NCBI GenBank assembly: GCA_965235115.1
Contig: OZ249436.1
Coordinates: 11,780,001 to 11,844,000 of the forward strand
Source of the DNA: Laetmonice hystrix
Taxonomy: Eukaryota
Direction: 5' to 3'
Length of the DNA stretch: 64,000 nt
A program made the translations under genes and the position numbers. Shown here one piece after another: positions 11,548 through 23,750 of this stretch (positions within the stretch are counted from its first letter, which is position 1; every line of letters begins with the position of its first letter). The notes below the pieces were generated by a model, which did not search any database, had not been told where the DNA came from, and saw only the letters and a list, made by a program, of their open reading frames with translations.

Positions 11548-14358
11548 GTACCTGTAAAGGTTTCTGGTCCACATTCATGTTTTCTGACTGAAGCAGCACT
11601 CACTGACAAATCTGTCAGTACCTCTTGGGTAGGGGCTTCTGTTTCTATTTGGCACTTAATTCTATTCAGCGTCGACTGTTCGTGCCCGAATATATACGGA
11701 CGTTTTCTATGGACGTATGCTGGTACTGGTAGACATGCGTTTCAATCAGTGACGGGTAAATTTTGTGAACTACTCACCGCGGTCTTTATATATGTAAATA
11801 ATACAAGGAAATAACTCCCCTTTCGTTAATCAATCACACCTGTTCTTATTTTCGAGACATTTTTTTTAAAATACATTTTTATAGTACCCTGTTTTCCCTT
11901 CATGGATGTCTTGCGATAACTTTCTTCCAGAAAAAAAGCGGAAGGTCATTTTTTCTCGAGAATGGAAAGTCACAGATGAGAAGAACTGTATCACCCGAAA
12001 CGTCCGACTAGACAGGTATACGTGATATAAATACGTATGTGTGACACAGTCTATACCCAGCGAGGAAAACAAAGTTACGAGAGTCGCGCATTACCTTCTT
12101 ACTGCTGCAATCATCACTGGTGAAATAAAGGAGGAGAATCACTCAAGGATCAGGGTCGCCGTTGCCAATTTCAAGCTTATAATACGAGAATCACATGGGG
12201 AATATCAATAACGTTTGTCTCGTCGATTTTACACTCACCGAAATGACACCTGGCGTGTTCTCCGTGTCATGTTGTTGATTTCATCAGAATATAGTAGTGT
12301 CTAATCTTTACAATTTCACTAGAATTGACACAACTTTATTCTATCAGCTCGTTTAAACTAGGGTAACTTTACGGACCTTGGCAGGTTTCCCTCTAGGGGA
12401 GACAATACCACATACATGCGTATTATAAGACCGTAAAATATTCACTTTGTTTTATTCACTTGTGTAGAAACAATGCAGCATTTTTTTTCTGTATATGCAA
12501 AACATGCAAATAAGAGGGACACTATATACATGTATCCCGCTCAAGTGCACTGCGCCACGCATGACTGCATGCTTACATAATGTAGGATACATGTAGGCCC
12601 TACGTACATAATAACCTAAACCCTTCTCTGCCCATATTCAAGGAAAGATAAAAATATGTTTTCTGCCTTATCGTTACACTCTATACTTTCAGCAAACCAG
12701 TAATATCCTGCATCACTCCACAGACTTTCTGCCCTTACTATCTCAACTATTAATAAATATATAACAAATAACATACATGTACCGCTCATGTTGCAGAACA
12801 GAGTCTCACAAAATCCTAAACTTACACATACTTCATATCTTCTTAACTTGAATAACTCAGATAAAAGCTCACACTCTTACGTTCATTTGTAAACAGCATA
12901 TGAGATGGCCACAACAGATACATAACATGAAACTATATGGATTACACTCAGAGGTAAAATCCTCACCAACCCAAGTTTATGCGCTGTTTGGAATATGGAT
13001 ATTTGAGTGTGGATTATGTGGATCCGGGAGGAAATACCTTTTCCTATTTACCATGTTTTCACCGTACAAATGGCCACATACAGAATATATCGGTGTAATC
13101 GGAAGCAGTACTAATTATTAAGACAATATTAACTTATTTGTTTTAATCATGTTTTGTGATTTAGACAAAATGCTCTAGCATACAAAACTGGAGGGACAAT
13201 GACTGTTCGTGTGAATAAAACCAGTTCTGAATACTGCGGCGTGGCTGTGGGAAGAAGACACCCATGGTATTCATAGTCTGACGGCAAGTTAGGAAGGTAT
13301 AGAAGACTATGAACACTTCCAAGCTAGAATTTGAAGAAGAAAACATGAAAATTCTATTTAAGTCTTTGTTCAAGTGAAAGTTAAACTTGTGCACATGTTC
13401 CACACAGTCGACGGTTCAAAACATGAGGCTTATATTAAATTTCACAGGTCGTTAATGGGTTTACAAAGCGCATTATACACTGTTCTTAGGCGGGAAGACG
13501 TTGTTTTGACAGTTTTTACACTTTATTTTATTTTTTAATAAAAAATATATAAAAAATCCAGGTCGGGGGCATTTCACAGGTCGGGCGGGGACGCTAAACA
13601 AGTAACTTTTTTATTGGGCCTAACAATGGATGAGATTGGTTCTGTCTTTGCTTTGTTTTTTTTATAATGATGGGGCCTTCATAAATATTCCAGTAATATT
13701 TCGTAAATTATTTGGACCGCGGTTTAGGGTTGAATTAAATCTTTAAAAGATACCTATTTCTGGCAATTTGTTTCAGTGCAAATTGTCATCCCAATAGCTG
13801 CCATAGATTTATATATAAAGAAAATACAAACACAGGCATACAAAAGAAAAGGTGCTACCGTATAGATGACATCAAATTTTATCCTCATAGCTGTCTGGCA
13901 CATGTGTAATATAATAAAAGACCTATTACAGAGGGCATGCACAGTTAGTAATGAGTGAATGTACTAATTACTATTGACAACCTGGAACCGGTATTGTTGG
14001 GAATACAGCCCTTAATACTACATCCGCACTATACGGCAGGTCCATCGGGAAAATGTTACAACTATAGAAACTGAAATTTCAATTTCACCGGCAAATGCCA
14101 AAAAGGCATACTTTTCCCATAATAAAAAAAATTGCGTGTATGTGTATGGACCTAGGTAATACAACAGTTCTATTGTAGAACATCACTTGCCTACATATCA
14201 CAGGGATAGGTCTTTACAAAGTCTGATATCCATAGATAAGGGGAAACCATCACCATCGAAGACATGGCATTGGCATTTTGCCCCTTGCTTTTTTCGCCTT
14301 TTTAAAATATCATGACAAATACGGATAAACGGATGGCACATGAGATTCGAGATTCACT

Positions 14359-14580
14359 ATAGTCTGTTCGCTCTAAGAAGAGCTCGACCTCGGCCTCATT
14401 AAAGCTCTGACCTGCCCCCCCCCCCCCCTCCTCCCGTCTACCCACAGCTGGCGTATCACAAGTCATCACCGCCTGTCATTCAAGAATATGACCAAATTCT
14501 ACGTGGTTCTATATTAACCCAAATGAAGTAATAGCTTTAATGAGGCCGAGGTCGAGCTCTTCTTAGAGTGAACAGACTAT
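14359..14580. mobile_element. MITE with ~48-bp near-perfect TIRs
   Basis: ATAGTCTGTTCGCTCTAAGAAGAGCTCGACCTCGGCCTCATTAAAGCT versus AGCTTTAATGAGGCCGAGGTCGAGCTCTTCTTAGAGTGAACAGACTAT (1 mismatch). Confidence 0.8.
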
Positions 14581-15277
14581 GCACAAAGGTGCCGACTGAA
14601 ACAGACGAACTCCACCGGAAGTGTCGGCGGGGGGTCCTTCCGGTGGACGGGGGCGGCGATCGAGGCACAACCTGACACAGATCTTGCTCTCTCCTCCACC
14701 AACATGAACGTTACATCTTACTTACGGCAGTTTCCATGGGGACACGTGCCCTTTGTCCCCTTGCCCAGGTAACTGCCTTGGTTCCAAAAGGATCGGAGGA
14801 GGAATATTATCAATAACATTCAGTTAGAGGAGACGACGTGTACATTGGGTTGTAATAAAAGACTGTCCCTTTCCCTTATCATCCCTTCCTTGTATATCAT
14901 AACGTGTACATTGTTGGGTAGATTGTCACAAAGTATAACATTGGAATTGATCCTGTTAACAATCTGATGAAACAATTGCTTTCCCCTGGTCAAATCACAA
15001 AATGTCTCTTGACTAAATGAAACAAGTCAAAATAAGTACAATATATACAAGGAAAGCGTTGTTACCAGTATTTGTGGAGATATGGTAGGGATGAGGGAAT
15101 GGGACATTCTTATACACCCTGTATAATGGACTGACTGGCTGGGATTCTGACATTATCTGAACCACCTCCTGCAGGGAGACACCCTGTCGCCGAATAAAAC
15201 AGCACTGCCAGCCAAGGGCGGCCACCATCCTGACTGGAGGATGGTGGCCCACAGGGCGGAGAGAGATATCGGAGACC

Positions 15278-18200
15278 TCAGGCATCAACAGTGTGAATGC
15301 CCTCCGCCGATCTCGTCAGAGATTTCTTCTCGTCTGGCAGTTTGATGCTGAGATCCTCCGAGTCGACGGTTCGTCCCACGGACGCCACCGAGCCGTTGTG
15401 GTGGTTGGACGTCCTATCTGAGCCCATCATCAGGGTGGTCGCCTCCAGGCAGTTCTCATCCTGGTTAGGGAACACCTCGTCGTCCTCGACAAACTCCTCC
15501 ACCTCTATGGTGCCACCAGGCATAAACACGTTAGCGATCTCCTCAAATGTCCGCCCCTTTGTCTCGGGAACTTTGTAAAAGACGAAGACAGTGAAGAGCA
15601 CCATCAGAACCAGGAAGATGATGAACGTATATGTCTTGCAGAGTTCCTGTGATGAAAGGAAATGAAAGAATGAAGCAGATCGTCACCCTACATAAGCTCA
15701 GCTACACCTACTGCAGTATGTCATACAATATTGTCTCGTTTGTTCAGGAAAGCAGGTTTGTAGATACCGGTAGATTGTATACTAATGAGAGCAAATATTA
15801 TATCAGCCCCGACATTGTGTCACTACACCCTACCTGTATGGACTCAAAGGAAATGGCAATGATGAATGTACAGATCCAGTTGGCCAGGCCGACTAAACTC
15901 ATGGCGCGAGGTCGGGGACCCTGTCGGAAAAGTTCGGCACCAATCATGGTGGGGATTGGTCCTGAAAGAAATAATTGCAACAATTGATTCGGCGCCACAT
16001 TTTGTGGGCATGAATGTTGCCGTCAGAGTTTCTTTTAGAGCAGATACTGTATTACAGTCATGTTCTATAATAACATTAATAGGTAATAGTGACTCTGATG
16101 CGTGTACACAGTATACTCTCAGACTAGATACGGATACATTTTTTACTATACATGTATAAGAAACGTCACTTACCTAGACCAACGGCAAAGCAAACGACAT
16201 ATGCAATGACACATCCAACACTGATGAATCGCATCCAATTCAGCTGATCCTACAATATGGACAGGCACGGATATTTTAACAATTTGAAAACTTAGTCGAT
16301 ATGTACATGTACACTGTACTTATATTTTAAGTATAAAAAATAAGGTACATGGCCAGCATTATCCATGTTCATACAAGTTCCACCATCGCCATAAGTGTCT
16401 GCAGAAACAATCGTAGCCGATATCACTGATACGGGTGGTTATTATAACCACCACGGAAGTATGTACCATGTCAATCTAAAATAAGTCAAACAAATGTGGA
16501 AGGATCCGCAAGCCGTTTGTACCTGAAGATTGAAGGCAATGGTGATGAGGACAAGCACGATGTTCATGCCAATCATTGGGAAGAGGAGGAGTGGACGGCG
16601 GCCGATCCTGTCAATGATTGGTACGGTGACGATGGTCATGATGACGTTCACAGCGTTCGTGCCCACCACAGCATACTGGATGCGATCCTCCATCACGCCC
16701 GCGTTTCTATAGATACCCGTCGAGTAAAAGAAAATCTGACACAAACAAAACACGCAAACGTCAGTGGTTACAAATAACGTCATTGGTTACAAATAACATC
16801 AGTGGTTACAAATAACATTAGTGGTTACAAATAATGTAAGTAGTTACAAATAATGTGAGTGGGTAGTACAAAATAACATCAGTGGTTACAAATAACATCA
16901 GTGGTTACCAATAACATCAGTGGTTACAAATAACGTTAGTGGTTACAAATAACATCAGTGGTTACGCATAACGTCAGTGGTTACGCATAACGTCAGTGGT
17001 TACAAATAACGTCAGTGGTTACAAATAACGTTAGTGGTTACAAATAACATCAGTGGTTACAAATAATGTCAGTGGTTACAAATAACGTTAGTGGTTACAA
17101 ATAACGTCAGCGGTTACAAACAACGTCAGTGGTCACAAATAATGTCAGTGGTTATAAATAACGTCAGTGGTTACAAATAACAGTGATCCTCCTAAGATGT
17201 CAATGCAGTCAAGATGATGAAAGTGCGAGTAACGAAAACGAATGGGTCTGAATGAAGAGAGAGATGGGATTTGTAATACTCACAGCATTGATGCCTGAAA
17301 ATTGTTGGATGACTTGGAGCATTATAGCAACCAAAAGTGGCATACGAAGTTCCTTGGTCTTGAGCAACATTGACATTGTATAGCTCTCCTCGGGCCCGGT
17401 CGATTCCTTGTTGTTCTCGCCACTCTCTGTCTCCATCTCCTCGATGTCAACAATGACATCGAGCTTTTTACGGTAAAAGCGAAGTGCCTTTTCGGCAGCC
17501 AAACGATTATTTCTGACAAGCATAAGATATCGAGGGCTTTCTGGGACGAATGGAAGAAAGACCAAAGAAAATAATGCGGGAAACGCATTCAACAGGAGGA
17601 GGTATGGCCAACCCGATTCAGTACCTGTAAAGAAAACAATCTATTGTTATGTGTGGGAAAGACAGTAATATATAACAATATACGGTATACAATCTACTAA
17701 ACGACATCATCCTTTTTTGCATTATATATACGTAAGAACTAAAAACATACAGTGTATGTGTATCACTATGTGTGTCCATGTCACAGTAAAATATCATAAT
17801 TACCCAAAACTGAACTCACCGAGGATCTCCCGTAAACCAAATATACTGCCCATAAAGATGCCAATAGTGATGAAGAGCTGATGGCCTGTTCCTATCGCAC
17901 CTCGCAGGTTGAAGGGAGCTATCTCCGTGAGATACATGGGGGCCAACTGGGTCGCAAACCCTGGGGGAAACAAAGGTAATTGTCTAACACATCAGCAAAT
18001 AATGTGACGCCTCCCTGTACATGTAAATCATTATTATGACACTTCTTTACAATACAACCGATACTCCTGTATGCGTTATTTCTGGCACTACAAATATTTG
18101 TCTTTTAAACAAAACAAGGGTGAAACTTGAAGCGTATAATGTTCAGACGGGGTATACTCACCACAGTTGAGTCCGGTGATGAGACGGCCGATCATGAGGA

Positions 18201-21200
18201 GCTCTGGAGCCTTGGCAAATACGCAGACGAAGGACACGATGGCGCCAACTAAAGCTGGCACGTGGCTGATCAGGGTGGCGCCCTTTCTGCCAACATAAAA
18301 CAGCAATCGTGCATATTTCATCATCCTTTCTGTATACGCGGGGAGCGGAGAGCTCCTTCAGGTTATTGTCCATTTTAGACAAAGAAAAGGTCAAACCTCA
18401 CAGAAATAATTTTAAAGATATTTCTTGTCCCCTTACCCATTTTAAAGCAATCAGCCAGTATCTCTCATTTCAATGACTCTAAAATGCAGACATGGTCTGT
18501 TAGGTTAGAGTTAGACTACATAAGTCAATAGATGCATGTTTTCCCACAGAAATGAAGAAGTACAATGAAAGTCAACATTCCAGTTGCCTGCTGTCACCAT
18601 GAAGCAAACGCCTCATGGCTGGTTGTTGACCTGGCATTGACTTGAACAGTCAATGAAATTCATCGGTTCATTGGCTGTTCAAGTCAATGCCAGGTCAACA
18701 ACCAGCCATGAGACGATCGCTTCATGCCGTCAACAGGCAACTGCAATGTTAAATTTGATTGGATTCTCCATTTCTGCGGGTATATTAATTTATGTCTAAG
18801 GCCTTATCTCGCCTAACAGCCCGTGTCTGCATTTCGGAGTCATTGAAATGAGAGATATACTCGCTGATTGCTTTAAGCATATTTCAGAAGGGAAAAACCG
18901 TTCCTTTATCGCCAAAGTATAACATTACGACGGCAAACTGTGTCACCTCGAACAGACCCGAGTACTTAGTGAAATACATCTGTATCAGATTACCACAACC
19001 AAAAAAGTTTCATATTCCGTGCAGATACCTATCTTAATTATATGAATATCATTAAGTGAGTAACGTACCGGCCAAACCTGTCTGCCAGGAAACCAGCGGT
19101 GTAGGCTCCGATCATACCACCGGGCAGGAACATGGCCGTCGTCAGCGACCAAAGGAAGGTCAGGAATCCGGGACTAATGTCACCATTCCGCGCAGTGTAC
19201 GTCTCATTATAGAAGTTTCGGATCAGCTACAATATTGTAAGAAAAAAATTAAATAATTTAAACAGGTGGGAAATACTCTTTCATTTTCAATCGTAACATT
19301 TAATTCAATACTCTTGACTTGATGTTATTTTCATACTTTACATTTTACAATTCCTTAAAAATATTAATTTACGATGCTGCTTCAATTTCATAAAGTAAGG
19401 TTGACAACTATTGTCTGCTGATGGTATGGTGTCTACTGTTATCAGATATTGTAGTGTCATTCATAGTACAAATGTAGTACTCTCCAAGTATATGATACTC
19501 ATGATAAAATATATCTGTCGCTGACCAAGGTCAATTTTAATAAATGTGTTATACGTTACACACAAATTTCATTGTTTTCTTAAATACCCCTTCGGGCCTG
19601 ATTTTGGTACACCCTGTACTTTAGGAGAAAACAGCGAGTCTTTGCTATCAATCACTATGTATTTAAAAAAGAAAACTTTAATTTGAACGTCTAGGTTAGG
19701 TCTATTCAGATTAGAAAGAACAAGTATATTCTTCTCCAATCTTTACTACACACACAATTTGGGCCAGAAAAACCCTGAGGGCATATCTGTAAGATTCTCA
19801 TTTAATGTCATTAAGTGCATGTCAGCCGGGACGTGACAAAATTCGCTATATGATTTCAACTGCTCTACAAAGGGACGTGACCTAATATTAGTACTTAGTC
19901 AATCATTACACTGACACCTTTCAGGACAATGATGTACACTGATTGCTGATAGGGCAGTGTTTGACATCTCTGTGACTTTTTATGGTCGCGAAGTTAATTT
20001 TCTAATTGCTTTTTGACGACCTGTTCTTTTTATCGTAATTTTTGCCAATTGTTTTCATGTTGTTATATAGGGATGTTTCCAACCGTTTGCCGATATTTCA
20101 CCTTTTACCGTTTACCGGTCGTCTCTCTCACGCACCTACAGGTATCTAGGGAACCTATGGCCATGGCACAGATATATCCGTGTATATATCCAGTCCTTCG
20201 TGAAAAGTTGACAGCAAAATTACAGGTCCACATGCACTCAGGTATGCCTATACACCTCCAACCATATTTACTGTATTAATTAAACTCCCTCGTACTGTCA
20301 CCCGGATCTCGACATGTTGAAATATAATAGTTTGCCCTAACTCTGGTCAAGATAAATATGGCAACCAGCACTCAGTTTGCAGGAATAGTTAAACAGAAAG
20401 TAGCCATAAACCCTTTATTGCTCATTGTTCTCGCCCAGGTAGATGCCTCATGAGTAAGGTATATAATCAAGACGCCACGGCACCACCTGGTCCTCCCAGG
20501 TAACCGCATGGGATGCTGTTCATCACCCAGATCACCAAGGTAGTCGGTGATAATGGTAGGCCTACTGACGTGTGTATGCAGGTATATACAAGTTATGTCG
20601 ATTGGTGCGTGCGCGGATGGAATTCGGTGCAGGCCGTCGGAGCCTGTCGGTACCGGGACCTCGTGGTGCATGGGGAGTAGCACCGCCACGCCGTGCATGT
20701 CACCGTCACCAGTGTCGGTCACACGTCACCACTGTGACCGCTCTCCGAACGGTCCCACTCGTCACACCTGTCACAGATCGCACGTGCCAGATGCAGACAC
20801 AACTACAAACGTTGCCGCCTTCGGCTGCACACCCAGATATATTATGCGACCGACGTTTGCCTCATAAATCGGCAGCGACCGCCCGGCCAACATTCCTGTC
20901 GTGTATGGCGGGCAGGGGAGCCGAACCAAGACATCAATTCACCTTGTTGATAATGATCAGATGAAAGACTTCAAAAGGGACAACATTCAGGTGGAGGCTA
21001 GTGGTGAATCAATAAATGTCCACCACTTGACGTCATGGAGGAAGGTTAAATTCAACTCTACATATGCTATAGGTCCTATCCTATGGGTCAATAGACTTCA
21101 CCATATAATATGTTAATAATGACACCCTAATTATGTTCATTGTGCGTTAACATAACGTTTACAAAAACAGAGCTAGGTTTATGTTGGATCAGTGTCGGGT

Positions 21201-23750
21201 TAGCCATTCCCAAGAGTGTTTTCCTAGTTTGTGAAGGGTTGAGGGGTGGCGAGTGAAAGAGGGGTGTAGAGTTAAGGAGGGGTTTAGAAAGACACAAGCA
21301 GCACACATGTATACCAGTGTTACTTCCTGTCATTTGCAATGGGCCCATGCCTTTAGGGAGAAGGAAGCTCCTATAATGTTAACACAGGTAGGTCTACTTT
21401 GGCATTGCAGGCCTACACATTTTATTGCAAAAGCATTTTCAATTGGGACATGATTATCTTAGGACACCCCCCCTCAATTAACCCCCCCCCCCCCGCGCCT
21501 CAATTGAAAACTTCACACATAATCTAAGGGGGTGAGGCCCCGGGCCCCCTACCAAAACACCCCTGGTCACAGCCCCCCCCCCCCCCACCACCACCACCAC
21601 CTCCCGCGGCGTTTCCAAGAGGGCATCCTTCTCCTATGTTTACATTAAATAATTTATTTGTGTCCATAATTCTTAATGGAAACTTCCACAGTGGAGTGTG
21701 ATAATCTTCATAATCATGAACTAGGCCACCTTTTGACGTGCGCCAACAAGACATGATATTTTTTGTTAACTCTAATCATCTGGCTGGGCCGAAGGTCGTG
21801 CCACGCTTCCGTTAAATTCTCTCCGTCATGCCACCTCTCCCCCATCTTGTAACAACTTTCTCATGTCGTTTCATTGCTGCCTACTATTTGTCTTAAGACA
21901 CCTTAATCGTCAACGGCAATTACTCAATTCTTCCAGGCTTTAACAGAGTGGTTCATCATGTCAAAAAGACACTATTAGCATAGAGACTCAAGTCCTTTAG
22001 TCCTGACCAGGAACCATGGTGGCATGTGAACATTGGCCTACCCTTGCAGTATTAGGCTATGTAACAACGCAAGCCTGGTATGTAAATATACCCTACGACA
22101 TATGGGGGCCTAAAGTGTTTAGCACCGAAACTGTCTGGCACAAGTCCGTATACAGACCGGATACCACACTGCTTGTATCAACCAATGGGTCGTGAAATTC
22201 ACACCCAGACATCACGGCCATAAAATGGTTCCCTGGCACAGATGATTTACTCCAATGGCACATCCACTACTTTTTAGGGATGTGTATGGTACAGAGTACA
22301 CTGCATGGAAAGTTCGCAGTTGGTGGGCTTTGTATACTGTGTCAACGCGCAGTTGTCTCTATAGTCCGTGCTCAGATGAAACTCCATGTGGCATTCTTGT
22401 TCTCTGTCTGGGAGGATACCAAACGTCAGAATATACTAATGTTCTGCCTTCACTATCTTGGTCACTATGATAGCATTTGGTGCATGAGCTGCCAATAACT
22501 CTTCGGGATAGATTTTTACTGTCTCTGTCGCGAAGACAACCTTTTAGATGACCTTCATAGGAGGAGAGGTCGAGGAAGTTTAAGGAAGTACTGCTCTTTT
22601 ACTCTTGTCACGTTCAGGCAAACTATGCTTTATCACTAAGAATGCAAACATCCACACATTGTTATATTTCAGACGACCTACTTTTGCGATATTATCAGAA
22701 AGATTATTTCATGTTGTATGCCGCACAGAACTACATTGTACGTCTGTCGGATTCTGTCCTGACGGAGAGGCGCCTGAATATTTACCATGAGGAAGCCTCG
22801 TGGTCACGAATTCTTGTCAGCAGTACAACTGGTAGTAGTTTTTTTTATGATACCACTGATTCCTATGCTGCTGTTTCTATGCACAAAACTCTTCACCTTT
22901 ATAAAAGGCGACTAGGTGCACTTTTTATGGTGACGCAGGGCAAGGTGCACTTTGTATGATGAAGTGGAGAGTGGTTTGCTAACTTACCTGTACTGGTTGG
23001 TTCAGGACGCCGATATTGTAACCAAATAGGAAGCTTGAACCAAACATAATCAGGAAACTCGCCCACAACAAATTGAGGTTAATACCCTGAAATGATGGAA
23101 ATAAAGGACATACGTATATTTAATCTTTCAGAATTGACATAGGCCTCTGTATAAAGACACGTTATAACCGCAGGTTTTACCATGTTTTATAACTTCGGCA
23201 TAGGGGCAACTGTACGCGTCCTTTGAAACTGCTTGGTCGGAGAGGAATACTATGGACATGCCTACATATATCGGCTTTTATCAATAAGGTTAGGTAAACT
23301 TATACTTTATCTAAAAGGCTTTTGTATGTACAGTCTATATATGAAAGTAAATATTTGATGTTTGGCTGATAACGAGAACGGTAAAAGGATAATTACTGAC
23401 ACCACTTTCGAAAAAAAGTACGGAGCATCTAAGAGAAATACAAGTAGTGCTGCATGATATGAGAGAGACACAAAAAGAGTTACACTGACCTGTTCTAATT
23501 CCAACTTCAAGTCACCGTGGTACTCTGCTCGGGACGCTTTCCTAGAACGGATTGACCTTCCTGACGGTGTCCGCGTCCGCATACCTGAGATACGGCTGGA
23601 CACAGAACCTGACCGTCCGGTACGGACGCTGCTCGAGTCTCCATCCTTGAGAGACTGCAACACCACTCCGTCCCCATCTATCTGAGACGCCAACGACCCT
23701 TGTCGGTAGAGACTTCTTCTCCGAGGTTTGTTTTCAGAATCAACGGCTTT
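15278..23750 (-). CDS. SLC2A1: Class I facilitated glucose transporter (GLUT/SLC2A1-like), at least 636 aa; first coding exon not firmly located
   Basis: Exons (high to low) 23490-23750, 22988-23086, 19069-19226, 18162-18286, 17820-17960, 17284-17624, 16523-16735, 16174-16249, 15834-15961, 15278-15646, all phase-compatible with GT-AG. Motifs [57 protein letters not shown]. The symbol means '-like'; exact orthology is unverified. Possible first exon 24519-24605 (MQQDP...FPR). Confidence 0.92.
16757..17180. repeat. 19-bp minisatellite, about 22 copies, filling most of a GLUT intron
   Basis: Unit AAC(G/A)TCAGTGGTTACAAAT; starts about 20 bp from the splice acceptor at 16736-16737. Confidence 0.95.
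18442..18876. mobile_element. Foldback MITE with TTAA flanks (Kolobok- or piggyBac-like)
   Basis: TTAA|AGCAATCAGCCAGTATCTCTCATTTCAATGACTC ... GAGTCATTGAAATGAGAGATATACTCGCTGATTGCT|TTAA. The inner arms (CATGGCTGGTTGTTGACCTGGCATTGACTTGAACAG / CTGTTCAAGTCAATGCCAGGTCAACAACCAGCCATG) also pair, centred near 18660. Confidence 0.8.

Noticed and set aside
11018-11609. ORFs of 141-173 aa in the 99-bp array
   Set aside because: Translations of a tandem repeat, with frameshifting unit variants.
10745-17180. CRISPR-like appearance of the 31-bp and 19-bp arrays
   Set aside because: No unique spacers and no cas genes, in eukaryotic context.
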